The notes beneath the pieces were generated by a model. It saw only the letters and a program-made list of their open reading frames with translations. It was not told the origin of the DNA and searched no databases. A stretch of 64,000 bases of DNA from a virus, in IMG/VR virus record IMGVR_UViG_3300025131_000017, positions 17,556 through 81,555 of that record. One strand, written 5' to 3'. Each line of letters opens with the position of its first letter. The stretch's first letter is position 1. Positions 50,820 to 61,216 of this stretch are shown here, in pieces. Position numbers and translations under genes: made by a program.

Positions 50820-53800
50820 TATTTAGCCTCCTTTAATTGTTCTATTTCATTTTTTAATTTTTTCATCTCTGATAATAATAATACTGACAATTTTTGGTAA
50901 CTTATACTCTCTGCCAATCCATCTGCATCATAGTTTACTATTTCAGGAAATATTTTTTCAGTTTCTTCTGCAATTAGTCCAATATCTTTTTTACCCGGAT
51001 GGGCTGATTTATCATTCCAATTAAATGTTACTGGTCTAAGGTCATAAATTTTAGAAGTATCGGTTTCAATGTTCACAACATTATCTTTAAATCTTATTGA
51101 TGAAGTATCTTTCAAAAGGTAGTCATTAGTGTGAACATGGACATTAGTACCAGTTCCTACACCCCAAACAAAATTATAAAATCCACCAGAATTTACTTTA
51201 AATCTTTGAGCACCAGCGGTAGATATTGATAGACTATTAGTAGCATCACTATAAATTCCTGTATCATTATTGTCAGCGAATGATATACTCGGAGCTCCCG
51301 CTGTACCATCTGCTGGATGTAAAACTGCTGAATATATACGAGCATAGGGGGCTTGAACATTAGAACCATTAACTCCTATATAACCATATGGGTCTCCAGC
51401 AGTTCCATCCCTATCTCCTACGGGAAACATAGTTGCATACTCACTACCACCAGTTGAATATGTAATAAACTGATGTTCATTAATTTCTGCGGATGTACCC
51501 GGTGGGATTTGTACTATTGGGTCAGCAGCATCATTAAAATACATACGTGGGGTTACAGTAGATGCATCATTATCAGTAGTAGATATTATTACTGCTCCAC
51601 TATTATATCCTAAAGCCCCATAGTGAGTAGAACCATTCATTATTTGAAACCCTAATAATTCTCCATCCGCTACAAAACCATCTGTACCCATACTACAATT
51701 ACCAAATGTTCCTGTAGCACCTGTTAGAGAACCTGTAAACGTTCCTGAAGCACCCGAAATACTACCTTTGAAATTAGCATTACCACTACCATCTATATAA
51801 AATTGTTTAGCATGTATAGTACCTGATGATGTTAAGGTAATGTCTGCAGCTGAACTATAGCCTGATGTTACAGCACTACTTCCACTATATATATTACTAG
51901 AATTTAATTTCCATCCTCCAACAGTACCAGCAGTTTTATCTGAATCATTTACCGCTGGGGTAAAGTTCAATTCACTTGTAGTTATTGAACCTGCCTTTAT
52001 ATTTGCAGCCACAATTGAATTAGCAGCAATAGCACCAGCAGAAATAGTTAATACATTTCCATTAAAGGGTAGGATTGTAGGACCACCAGCCCCTGAATCT
52101 GTTGACCTAGCTACAGTAGCCAATAAAACTTTGTCATCATCAAACACATCTGTATAAGTTGACGTTACTTGTAAAGTTGCATTTGCAGAATCTCCAACAA
52201 TTTTATAGACATATTCAGTAGCAGATGACATGTCTCTACTACCTGAACTAACTGATTCTGTATCATCATCAGCAAAACTTAGAGCTCCACTAGTCCAAGC
52301 AAATGAATCATAATCACTTCCTGAGAAAACAACACTTGTACTCCAAGGTTGTGTACCTTTCTTTTGTAATTGTGCTGAAACTGAAAATTTTTGAATAGTA
52401 CCATCAGCACTTACTTTAAAAGGTTTGAAATTCAACTCACGACATATTACAGAGAAAAAAGCTTCTGGACTATCATATCTAACGTGGGCTACTAATAAGG
52501 TTTTTTCATCTGGTACGAAACTATCTTTTTCAACGGTTGTAAAAGTCGTGCTACCTTGTGTGACATATACATAATACTCTCTTCCATCAGCGTTTAATGC
52601 ACCTGTGTTACCTGCAGTTATATTATAAATATTACCATTAACAGTAATTCTTCCTGCACCCCAATTAACTTGATTTGCAGTAGTAGAAGTAAATTCACAT
52701 GTAGTGACTGAGTCAGCCGGATTGGCAGCGAAAGGTAAGTTAGGTGGTCTATTATGACCAGTCGTCACAAAATCACCAATTCTTTTAACAACATTTGCCT
52801 TTCCATATGCAGCTTCTTTAGCATCTTCTGAACCTAATGCTTGAAATCTTGTTAAATTAATTCCAGCAGACATATCTGCATCAATGTTAGTAACAAGCAT
52901 ATACCCATCAAAGTTAACTAAATCATTTCTAACTTGTATTATATCTCCAGCTCTTACAGGAACAATATATCGTAAAGTATCACTTGTTGATATTGTATCA
53001 GTCATTATAACTGTTACTGTAGTACTAGATGTAGCTGAAGCATAACCATATGTTGATGTAGGTGTTCCACTAGAATCTAGTTTTACAACCGTCATTCCAG
53101 CTTTAAATCCATATGCTTCTGGGTTAACACTTCCACTTAAAGTTATTACATATGGAGCATTACTACCTGTTGCAGTAGTTGGGGAGTTATCAAAATAAAA
53201 TTTTGGGGTTTCGTAAGTTTTAATATCAGCTTCTACTGTTTGGGTTGTGTTCCTCATCAATGCCGCAGCGATTGATTCTCTTACAGCATTCTTCTTTTCA
53301 CTATCATTAGATATACTTACAGTCTTTTTTATACCTAAAGTAATTCTAGGTCTACCTTTTAATTTAAAGGATGAACCTGTAGTACTTTGTCCTGTCCACA
53401 CTTTAGAAGAATCACCTGTAGTCCAAACACTATTATTAAGGTCTTCTGTTAAAGATTTATCTATATCTGATATTAAAGCGTATGTAGTTCCACCACTACC
53501 TACATCTGCGGTGCCACTTGTATATTGTATTCTTGCTACATCACGCATATAAAGTGAACCCCCATCTGCAAAACCACCCGTTGCTGTTGTACCTTCTTGA
53601 CTTCTATTTACTTCTATAGTGTTGGTATCGGTTATAGATGCTACAGTCATAATTTCAGAACCAGATGAACTAACTCTTTGTCCTACATAAAAATCATTAG
53701 CAACTGTTTCATTTAAATTAAATGTTGTCGTTGAGTCACTAGCAACAGCACCATCTAAGGTTGCTACTAATACTTTTAAATATTCTGCTGAATCTGTACC

Positions 53801-54886
53801 TGCAACACCCCCACCTAACTCATAACCACTCCATTTAAATGCACTAACATTATTAGTATTTTGTGTAGTAATTAATTCAAACTTACTACTCATTCCAGTG
53901 GTTTGGTTGTCTTCTCCTTGTGTTGCAACAAAATCTACATCTGCTTCAGAAAATACTCCACTTTTAGGTCTTTTGAAATCATACTCAGTCATTGCAATCC
54001 TTTGACCTGTTTGAGTAAAGCTTCCACTAGCAGTATCATCTGGACTTGGAAGTGTTATACTTAATCCATAAGTTGCTGGATTTGTAGCAGGTCTTGTTGC
54101 CCTTTTAAAATAGTTAAAATAAGGTGCTGGTTGATGACTTGTAGCCACAGCACTCATGTTTGCATCTAAGTAATAGTCATAACCATAGTCTTGGTCACCT
54201 GATGCTGCATGGGGGTCTTTGGTAGACAAGTCAGATATGTGATATAAAGCTGGTTTTTTACCTCTATCACTTAAATTATATACTTGATTCTCAGTAAACT
54301 CTTTTACGGATTCTGTAAATCTATCGTCTGCTACATCGGAAGATGTGCTTGATGGATGAGTAATATCTTGGGCAAATTGGTTTAAAATAGATTTAATTAT
54401 ACCACTTCTACCACTAACATTTTTAGTCCATTCTTTTTTATCATCATCTTTAACATCATTATTTCTAACAGAATCAGTTAAAACAGCAGATGATGGATTA
54501 ATATTATAACTATATGAATTATCTGTTCTAGTATAAGTTAATAATTGAAGGTGGTCAACAGCATCAATATCAATTACCATACCTGTACCTTGTTGGTATG
54601 TCTCAGCGGTTTTTTCAGCAAACCCATAAAAGATAACTTCATTAGTATCACCATCTCTCATTTTAATAGGTGTAAAATCTCCAATAACTCCTGTATAAGG
54701 ACCCTTAGATGAACCACTATTTGCAAATGGGTTGTCTGATTGATTTGAAATACGAATTTGGGCTTTTTTAGGTTGACCTAAACTGTCATTTATACTTGTT
54801 GAAATAGTTGCTGAAATAGTTGTGCTTGGAGATACAAAATCTGCCCACGCACTTCCATTCCAATAAGATGTCATGGGTACTGCCAT
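50819..54886 (-). CDS. tail tip/central fibre protein with C-terminal peptidase S74 chaperone domain
   Basis: TSS.RFKDNV...LRPVTFNW...IGLIAEE...PEIV plus coiled coil; S/T/G-rich. Confidence 0.85.
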   Translation of the reverse strand: MAVPMTSYWNGSAWADFVSPSTTISATISTSINDSLGQPKKAQIRISNQSDNPFANSGSSKGPYTGVIGDFTPIKMRDGDTNEVIFYGFAEKTAETYQQGTGMVIDIDAVDHLQLLTYTRTDNSYSYNINPSSAVLTDSVRNNDVKDDDKKEWTKNVSGRSGIIKSILNQFAQDITHPSSTSSDVADDRFTESVKEFTENQVYNLSDRGKKPALYHISDLSTKDPHAASGDQDYGYDYYLDANMSAVATSHQPAPYFNYFKRATRPATNPATYGLSITLPSPDDTASGSFTQTGQRIAMTEYDFKRPKSGVFSEADVDFVATQGEDNQTTGMSSKFELITTQNTNNVSAFKWSGYELGGGVAGTDSAEYLKVLVATLDGAVASDSTTTFNLNETVANDFYVGQRVSSSGSEIMTVASITDTNTIEVNRSQEGTTATGGFADGGSLYMRDVARIQYTSGTADVGSGGTTYALISDIDKSLTEDLNNSVWTTGDSSKVWTGQSTTGSSFKLKGRPRITLGIKKTVSISNDSEKKNAVRESIAAALMRNTTQTVEADIKTYETPKFYFDNSPTTATGSNAPYVITLSGSVNPEAYGFKAGMTVVKLDSSGTPTSTYGYASATSSTTVTVIMTDTISTSDTLRYIVPVRAGDIIQVRNDLVNFDGYMLVTNIDADMSAGINLTRFQALGSEDAKEAAYGKANVVKRIGDFVTTGHNRPPNLPFAANPADSVTTCEFTSTTANQVNWGAGRITVNGNIYNITAGNTGALNADGREYYVYVTQGSTTFTTVEKDSFVPDEKTLLVAHVRYDSPEAFFSVICRELNFKPFKVSADGTIQKFSVSAQLQKKGTQPWSTSVVFSGSDYDSFAWTSGALSFADDDTESVSSGSRDMSSATEYVYKIVGDSANATLQVTSTYTDVFDDDKVLLATVARSTDSGAGGPTILPFNGNVLTISAGAIAANSIVAANIKAGSITTSELNFTPAVNDSDKTAGTVGGWKLNSSNIYSGSSAVTSGYSSAADITLTSSGTIHAKQFYIDGSGNANFKGSISGASGTFTGSLTGATGTFGNCSMGTDGFVADGELLGFQIMNGSTHYGALGYNSGAVIISTTDNDASTVTPRMYFNDAADPIVQIPPGTSAEINEHQFITYSTGGSEYATMFPVGDRDGTAGDPYGYIGVNGSNVQAPYARIYSAVLHPADGTAGAPSISFADNNDTGIYSDATNSLSISTAGAQRFKVNSGGFYNFVWGVGTGTNVHVHTNDYLLKDTSSIRFKDNVVNIETDTSKIYDLRPVTFNWNDKSAHPGKKDIGLIAEETEKIFPEIVNYDADGLAESISYQKLSVLLLSEMKKLKNEIEQLKEAK

Positions 54887-55419
54887 TAGAAACTTATACC
54901 TTCCCTTAATGCACCAACAAATTGTACATTAAATGTCCACCTATCTTCTTGAGCAGGCATCACAGCAAATTGTACTTGTTGAACTGCTACTTTATATATA
55001 CCTCCCCCTGTAGCAGCATTTGAAGAACCTACTGCTGGTGAAGTGGCTTCAGTTACAGATGCATCTCCTATTTCAACTTGTAAATCTACACTTGAACCTG
55101 TAACCCAAGTTATTAATTTATTTTCTAAATAGTTTTTATATGGAACATAATATGTTTGACCTTGAATGGTTTTTGTTTCCATATGCCAAAAATTACTTGT
55201 AGTGTTTGAAGTATCTTGTCCAATATTATCTACAACCCCTGACATAGTTATGCTAGGTCTTGAAGAACCTAAATCCATCAATATAGGTGTTCCTCTAGGT
55301 ACAGGAACTTGAATTGGAGTCTTAGAAATTCCAACAGAAAATTGTTCCACCTTTAACGCCAAGCGTATTGTGGCTCCTGCATTTGTTCCATCCCTTAATA
55401 GTACTGCTAATTCTGCCAT
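54886..55419 (-). CDS. distal-tail-like protein
   Basis: position after tape measure; beta-rich. Confidence 0.55.
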   Translation of the reverse strand: MAELAVLLRDGTNAGATIRLALKVEQFSVGISKTPIQVPVPRGTPILMDLGSSRPSITMSGVVDNIGQDTSNTTSNFWHMETKTIQGQTYYVPYKNYLENKLITWVTGSSVDLQVEIGDASVTEATSPAVGSSNAATGGGIYKVAVQQVQFAVMPAQEDRWTFNVQFVGALREGISF

Positions 55420-55427
55420 TTATTCAC

Positions 55428-56489
55428 CTATCTCATAGCATTAAAGTTGCCAAATCCATATTCTTCTGCCATAAACATTCGGTCGATTTGTCTAATATGA
55501 GCTTCTCTACCCTGTTGGGTTTCTGTTTCAGTTTTAGAACCATTAGACGTTTCTAGAGTGACTTTAATGGAAGTTTGATTAGTTTCAGCGTTTCTTCTAT
55601 CTATTCGTTCTTGAGTAGACTTTATTTGGGAACTTAAATCAAACCATCTAGATTTATTCAAACCATTCATAAGCATTATCAATATATTATCAAATAAGTT
55701 ACCTAACGTCTTTTTAAGTCTACTTACCATATCACCTATAAAATCTTGAGCCCAATCCCAACCTAGTTTTATACCCTTTCCAATAAGTTTAATTACATTC
55801 CACCATTGCTTAATTACAAATTTAATAAATTTCCAATATGTTTTAGGTATTAGTAATATAAGATTAATATAAAGTTTTATTATTTTCCATATGAAATTCC
55901 CAGCAGATTTTAACAGACCTAACCAAAAATCTTTAGATTTTACGTTTTGCCAAGCATCCTTGAAAAAGCCTCCAATTGCACTAAAAACTTTACCAAAGAA
56001 TTTTTTAGTGGCGTGCCACCCTATTCCTATCCACTCAGTAAGTTTAGCCATTCCTTTTTGGACATAAGGAATACCTTTTGCAACCCACGCTAATGCTTTA
56101 AACATTATGGGCATAAGTGGTGCTATAAGTACGTCAATAAACGCACCAAGAATTTGGAATAATGCACCAACAAAACCTGTAAATAATTGTGATTGTTTAA
56201 GAATACCGGCAACACCCATACTAATACCTGCCTTACCAGCCATTCCTTTAACTAACTTCCCTGTGCCTTGAGTTAGTTTAACAGGACCACTAATAATAGC
56301 TTGTTCCATGGCTTTTTGTTTCGAGGTACTCATTGTTTCTTTAGCAAACCCAGTTGCCCTACCTACCCCCCCAGCAACTCCTGTTGCTGCTGCATTTGCC
56401 ATGCCAAGACCACCGGAACCACCAGCACCTAGGGCTGATAGACCCTTCATTCCTGTCCCAAGTATTGCTCCTAATAAAGGAAGTGCCAT
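55428..56489 (-). CDS. tape-measure-like protein (short)
   Basis: follows chaperone pair; G/A-rich N-terminus, periodic W/F amphipathic helices. Confidence 0.65.
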   Translation of the reverse strand: MALPLLGAILGTGMKGLSALGAGGSGGLGMANAAATGVAGGVGRATGFAKETMSTSKQKAMEQAIISGPVKLTQGTGKLVKGMAGKAGISMGVAGILKQSQLFTGFVGALFQILGAFIDVLIAPLMPIMFKALAWVAKGIPYVQKGMAKLTEWIGIGWHATKKFFGKVFSAIGGFFKDAWQNVKSKDFWLGLLKSAGNFIWKIIKLYINLILLIPKTYWKFIKFVIKQWWNVIKLIGKGIKLGWDWAQDFIGDMVSRLKKTLGNLFDNILIMLMNGLNKSRWFDLSSQIKSTQERIDRRNAETNQTSIKVTLETSNGSKTETETQQGREAHIRQIDRMFMAEEYGFGNFNAMR

Positions 56490-56490
56490 A

Positions 56491-56727
56491 TTAAAATCTC
56501 CTCATAGAACCAAAATTAGATTTAGCCATCTCTTTAGCTTGGTCATCTTGTTCTTTTTGTTGTACTGCCATTTCAATTCCTATAACTATATTTATTTCTT
56601 CTTCGGTAAATGTCATTATTGACTCCCACGCAATCCCTACTTTCAACAACTGAAGAATGGTTGACCAATAGGAGAAGAGAAGAAGTTCTCTAGGAGAAAT
56701 ATCCTCACTTCCACGCATGAAAGCCAT
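56491..56727 (-). CDS. tail assembly chaperone, frameshift extension (lambda gpT-like)
   Basis: in the -1 frame relative to the upstream gene at A-AAA-AAA-G. Confidence 0.7.
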   Translation of the reverse strand: MAFMRGSEDISPRELLLFSYWSTILQLLKVGIAWESIMTFTEEEINIVIGIEMAVQQKEQDDQAKEMAKSNFGSMRRF

Positions 56728-57098
56728 TACCCTTTTTTTATTGTTTCTGGTCCTTCTAAATCTCCAGCAAATGCTTGAGGTACTAAAGATTCTAAAGCAG
56801 CTCCCAATCTCTCATCAATTGTAATTAAAAATGATTCTGTAGTTTTACCCCAAGGTGCTTCTATAATCATTTCTTTCAAGCATTCCCTTATATATAAGTC
56901 TCCATTAAAGGTGTTTGAACCATCTTGATTCCAAATTATACATTTGTTCGCAAGTTGATTTCTCTTCGCCCACGACATCTGTTTGATAGAAACCTCAAAA
57001 GAGTCTCCTGTATCTGGTATGGTTACTGTTTTCTTAATTACTTCTTGTGCAATCTGATATTTTCCTAAATCAAACTGCCCTGTACTTTGCTTAGACAT
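56727..57098 (-). CDS. tail assembly chaperone (lambda gpG-like)
   Basis: between major tail and tape measure; ends ATA AAA AAA GGG TAA. Confidence 0.75.
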   Translation of the reverse strand: MSKQSTGQFDLGKYQIAQEVIKKTVTIPDTGDSFEVSIKQMSWAKRNQLANKCIIWNQDGSNTFNGDLYIRECLKEMIIEAPWGKTTESFLITIDERLGAALESLVPQAFAGDLEGPETIKKG

Positions 57099-57118
57099 TA
57101 ATGCCTCCTATTCAATTT

Positions 57119-58927
57119 TTATGGATAAAATGGTTCATCATCCCTTATTGTTATTTTCATACTTCTAAATATTGCATCTATATCTACTTGAAACGGATTA
57201 TCCGTAGTAATAGAATGTGGTGCAGTATTTATATACATACCTTGACTATTAATCCCATCTGAGGTTGCTGTTGGGCTTCCAGCTGTTGTAGAGGTTGGAA
57301 TATCTATAATAATATAATCATCTGCACCCCTTTCAAATTTAATTGACGCTGTAAATCCAGCATTACCCGCAGCACCAGAACCACCATAATCACCTTCTAG
57401 TAATAACTGTTTAAATAATTCTGTGGCGTTGTCTTGGGAAACACCAGCTGTACCTGAACCACCAATAGTTGCAGCAGCTGTGTTGTTTACATCAGGCAGG
57501 GCAACAGAACAAGACATAGAATATTCTCTTGCACCTTCTCTTATCTCGTAAGGTCCTCTTGCTCTTGCCCCCTGTTTTCCGATATAATATCTAGGTTCTT
57601 CACTATTTGCAATAGAGATTGAAAAACTTCTAATTTTTGCAAAGGTTGTTCCAAAGTACTTTATTGTTCCTTCGGAGAAATAGTATGGTTTAGTTGTTGG
57701 ATAACCAGTACCAGTATTTGCAGAGTTGTGGGTTTGTTTTGCCATTCCTACATCATCCACATCAATAGCTTGCATTAATCCAAATCTAGGCATATTTGCT
57801 GTTACTGAAGCACCATTATATAAATTTGAACTTACAGTAGTTTGGTTTGCTTGGTTATGTATCATGTTCAAGAAATTTACTCCATCCCATGACATTGTTA
57901 CTATTGAACCTTCTTCTGCAGAAATGGATGCACTACCAATCATTCCTCCAACATACCTTCTGTCAAATTCAAATCCACTTTGTTCAGCACTATCTTTCAT
58001 ATGTACATGCCATGAAACAGTATCTAAATCTGTTGTTTCAATAATCTCATGTGTATAATAAGTAGCTGAATTTTGTTCTCTTACATAGGCTGATACTACA
58101 TGGTCAAAACTTAATGGGTAATTTAATTTAGCAACGTTTGTAGAAGGAAAAGATTCAATCTTTCTAACTTCTGTAGTTTTAGTAGTATTACTAGTATTTG
58201 CGGCATCATAAATGGTAATAATATCTCCCGCACTAAATCCATGACTACCTGCTAAGTTTAGGTAAACATCACCTTTTAGGTTTGCATTACCATTTAATTT
58301 ATCTGAACTTGATAAGGCAGCACTTCCTGTCACAGCGGATGGAACAGTTGTTACCTTACCTATTGGGAATCTTAATGCCCAACCATTTAATAACATAATA
58401 TCTGATACTGAACCTGTTAAAGTCTGCTGACCAGCGTAGGCTGCCGTAAAGTTTCTATTAGCTGTTGTGTTTAAGAAATATTTTCCTTCAATGCTCATCT
58501 CTGGGTCTGGAGTATCAATTGTTTCGTATACTCCCGGAATCCAAGAAATAAACTTACTTCTGTCATTAGGAGCAGGAGTACCTCCTACAGCAGTAACTTC
58601 TTTTACTTCTTGACTTGCGGCATGGTAAAAACTAGTAGGTCTATCTAGAGTAAGTGTGTTGCTATCAATTGCTTCAATACGTCTTACTTCATGTTCGGTT
58701 GTGGTATCAGCAGGTGTGCTAATATCAAATGTACCGATTCTAATAAAATCTCCAACCACAGCTCCTGATGCACTAGCAACAGTTATGCTTCTAGCCCCTG
58801 CCTTAGTTGCAGCACTAAGGGTAGTAGAAACAGAACCCGCTGTACCAGCCATAAATTCAGGGTCTGCACCTTGAACTGTTTCGACACCAAAGGTTAATTG
58901 TGCTTGGTCACTTCTATAAACTGCCAT
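57119..58927 (-). CDS. major tail tube protein with inserted domains
   Basis: position; SFSISIAN...Y.IG......EIREG.REY.MS tube-like motif. Confidence 0.75.
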   Translation of the reverse strand: MAVYRSDQAQLTFGVETVQGADPEFMAGTAGSVSTTLSAATKAGARSITVASASGAVVGDFIRIGTFDISTPADTTTEHEVRRIEAIDSNTLTLDRPTSFYHAASQEVKEVTAVGGTPAPNDRSKFISWIPGVYETIDTPDPEMSIEGKYFLNTTANRNFTAAYAGQQTLTGSVSDIMLLNGWALRFPIGKVTTVPSAVTGSAALSSSDKLNGNANLKGDVYLNLAGSHGFSAGDIITIYDAANTSNTTKTTEVRKIESFPSTNVAKLNYPLSFDHVVSAYVREQNSATYYTHEIIETTDLDTVSWHVHMKDSAEQSGFEFDRRYVGGMIGSASISAEEGSIVTMSWDGVNFLNMIHNQANQTTVSSNLYNGASVTANMPRFGLMQAIDVDDVGMAKQTHNSANTGTGYPTTKPYYFSEGTIKYFGTTFAKIRSFSISIANSEEPRYYIGKQGARARGPYEIREGAREYSMSCSVALPDVNNTAAATIGGSGTAGVSQDNATELFKQLLLEGDYGGSGAAGNAGFTASIKFERGADDYIIIDIPTSTTAGSPTATSDGINSQGMYINTAPHSITTDNPFQVDIDAIFRSMKITIRDDEPFYP

Positions 58928-58975
58928 TTATTTACTCCTATTTTGAGTAGTATATATATATTATACTAACTATAA

Positions 58976-59413
58976 TTAAGTTTCTAATAAAACCCCATTA
59001 TTTTCTAATTGAATATCTATTGTACCTGTCCAAATATTAGCTTGTTCTCCTACTTCTTCACTAAAATTTGTAAACATTATACGTTGAAAATTAGTTAAGG
59101 AATGTCGTCTTGAATGACACAACCTTCTAACTTCTAACATTAAATCGTAAAGTCTTTGTCTTCCATTTAAAGTATAAACTTCTAATTCAATTGAATAAGT
59201 CCTGTTACCATACTTGTGGTTACCTATGGGGGTTTCATCCATAGCGGGACTTCCTGTTCTACCTATAAGATGGTCTCCAACGTTTAAATCAAATCTGAAA
59301 GGTTGACTTGCACCATTAACAGTTACTAGTGATGGTTTTGTAACATTACTAGCATTCCATTGACTATTTAAATCTGTCATTACTGCATCTATTGGTATGG
59401 GTTCAGTTGCCAT
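58976..59413 (-). CDS. tail terminator/completion protein
   Basis: 145 aa, directly upstream of the tube gene. Confidence 0.55.
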   Translation of the reverse strand: MATEPIPIDAVMTDLNSQWNASNVTKPSLVTVNGASQPFRFDLNVGDHLIGRTGSPAMDETPIGNHKYGNRTYSIELEVYTLNGRQRLYDLMLEVRRLCHSRRHSLTNFQRIMFTNFSEEVGEQANIWTGTIDIQLENNGVLLET

Positions 59414-60528
59414 TAAAACACCTCAAACGCCTTCATTCCATCTAATGCATCTGCAATCTCTTCTTGCCATGACGAAATTCTAGAACCAATATCCATTCTA
59501 TCCATTCCACTTACTACTAAGCCACCGAAATCAGCGTTTCTAGCTACATCTATTGCAGCCAGTTTCTTCGCTATGTCTTGGATAATTCCACCTTGTCTAA
59601 CATCTGTTTGAATATCTCTTCCATATAAATAAGTTACTTTCACAGGCATAGTAAATTCTCCTCCACCCCATCTCCAAACAGGTGCGTTGTAAGAAGTAAA
59701 TCTTGCTGGTAACAAGAAATACCTTGAAAATTGTACCATTCCTGTATCAGGAACTAAGAAAAAATCTTTTGTTCTACCTTGTCTTTTAGAATCCCAATTA
59801 GCACCATTCCAAATTTCTAAATCTAGAATTTTGTAAACATCAGCTTTATCTAAATGAAAACCATTCAAGTTAAACTGATGATACTCATTTGCAACATAGT
59901 TCGGTCTCCACGATTTTCTAGATTGCATATCTATATGAGATTGAGCTTCCATTATATATTGTTCAACAGTTGCTTTTGCAGGAACTGTAGAAGTTGTAAA
60001 GTCAGTACCACTAAGAACATTTTTAAGTTGTAATAACTCATAAACATCTTTAGTTGTACAGTAAGCAGCGTAGGGTCTCATTTGTATACGTTTTATTGTA
60101 GGGGCAGTGGTAACACTAGCAGTACTTACTCGAACCCAATATTTGGTTTCACTATTTATTGCGTCTGTTGCCCAATCACTAAGTAAGTTAGAGGGGAATA
60201 TTTCAGCTCCGTCTTTATCAAAAGCATATTGACCTCCCTCATCATCGTCCGGGTCTAATTGATACCTTCCTGAAGCTGGAACAAATGTTGTCCAAGCACT
60301 TCCATTGTAATATTGCCATGTTAATGCTCCTAAACTTCCAGCCGTATCTACATCAAAAACAGCCATATCAAATTTTGAATCATTCCCTATATATAAATAG
60401 TGACTTGATGCACCGAGAATGGAGAAGGAAGTTCCCGCAGGGGATTGTGCTTCTAGTGTAACGTCAGTATAACTACTTCCGTTATGTGTAAAAACTTTAT
60501 TAAATTCTGCTCCAGCAGTTGTTGCCAT
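59413..60528 (-). CDS. head-tail adaptor protein with N-terminal accessory domain
   Basis: YCTT.DV..LL...I.EA...ID...R.W; VKVTY.YG adaptor motifs. Confidence 0.7.
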   Translation of the reverse strand: MATTAGAEFNKVFTHNGSSYTDVTLEAQSPAGTSFSILGASSHYLYIGNDSKFDMAVFDVDTAGSLGALTWQYYNGSAWTTFVPASGRYQLDPDDDEGGQYAFDKDGAEIFPSNLLSDWATDAINSETKYWVRVSTASVTTAPTIKRIQMRPYAAYCTTKDVYELLQLKNVLSGTDFTTSTVPAKATVEQYIMEAQSHIDMQSRKSWRPNYVANEYHQFNLNGFHLDKADVYKILDLEIWNGANWDSKRQGRTKDFFLVPDTGMVQFSRYFLLPARFTSYNAPVWRWGGGEFTMPVKVTYLYGRDIQTDVRQGGIIQDIAKKLAAIDVARNADFGGLVVSGMDRMDIGSRISSWQEEIADALDGMKAFEVF

Positions 60529-60539
60529 TTATTCCCTCA

Positions 60540-60806
60540 CTAGGAGCTTTTTTCATCCCCTGTTTTATTTTTGATTGCTTCTTTAGCTTGTGCTACAACT
60601 TCTGGTGGAAGATTTTCTCCACCTTCTACTTGTGTCTCACTAGAGTCTTCTGTTTTTCCTCTAAGGTACATTAGTACACCTTGTAAGTTTTGTACTTGAC
60701 CTACGAGTTGTTCTCTGTGAGCATTTATTTTGTTTAGTTCATCGACTAAAACTTCCATTTTTTGAGTAACTGCTTGTAATTCACTTTGTACATCTATTTC
60801 TGCCAT
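60540..60806 (-). CDS. coiled-coil hypothetical protein
   Basis: GGAG RBS; heptads. Confidence 0.75.
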   Translation of the reverse strand: MAEIDVQSELQAVTQKMEVLVDELNKINAHREQLVGQVQNLQGVLMYLRGKTEDSSETQVEGGENLPPEVVAQAKEAIKNKTGDEKSS

Positions 60807-60876
60807 TTTTCTTCTCTCCCATTATCTTGTTATCCCTTTTTATTAAGGGTCTTTATTATTATACTATTTTTTTATC

Positions 60877-61200
60877 CTATTTCCCTTGCCAGAAACGGTT
60901 GTTCATACTACTGTCGTCTGTCCAACCATCTACCTTAGTCCATGTTCCACTATCATAAGTGTATTTATTTCCTTCCCATCTAGCTGTAGAACCATCTCCT
61001 TCTACACTTGTTCCTGATGGCACGGTAACTCCTGTAACTAAAGTACAAGTGCTACTATTTGAATGCATACAAATAAATCCTCTTACCCCACTATCAAAAG
61101 GTCCTACAACTGTCTTCTTAGATTGTATGTCAACTGATTGGTCATCGTCAAAAGCGTATCTCACTAATTTTGTTGCGTTGTCTACTAATATTTTACTCAT
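60877..61200 (-). CDS. small fibre-associated protein, paralog of 63660-63929
   Basis: MSKI...K.V.Y...DD, KY.YD.GTWTK..W shared. Confidence 0.75.
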   Translation of the reverse strand: MSKILVDNATKLVRYAFDDDQSVDIQSKKTVVGPFDSGVRGFICMHSNSSTCTLVTGVTVPSGTSVEGDGSTARWEGNKYTYDSGTWTKVDGWTDDSSMNNRFWQGK

Positions 61201-61216
61201 CTAAATCTCCTTTGTT

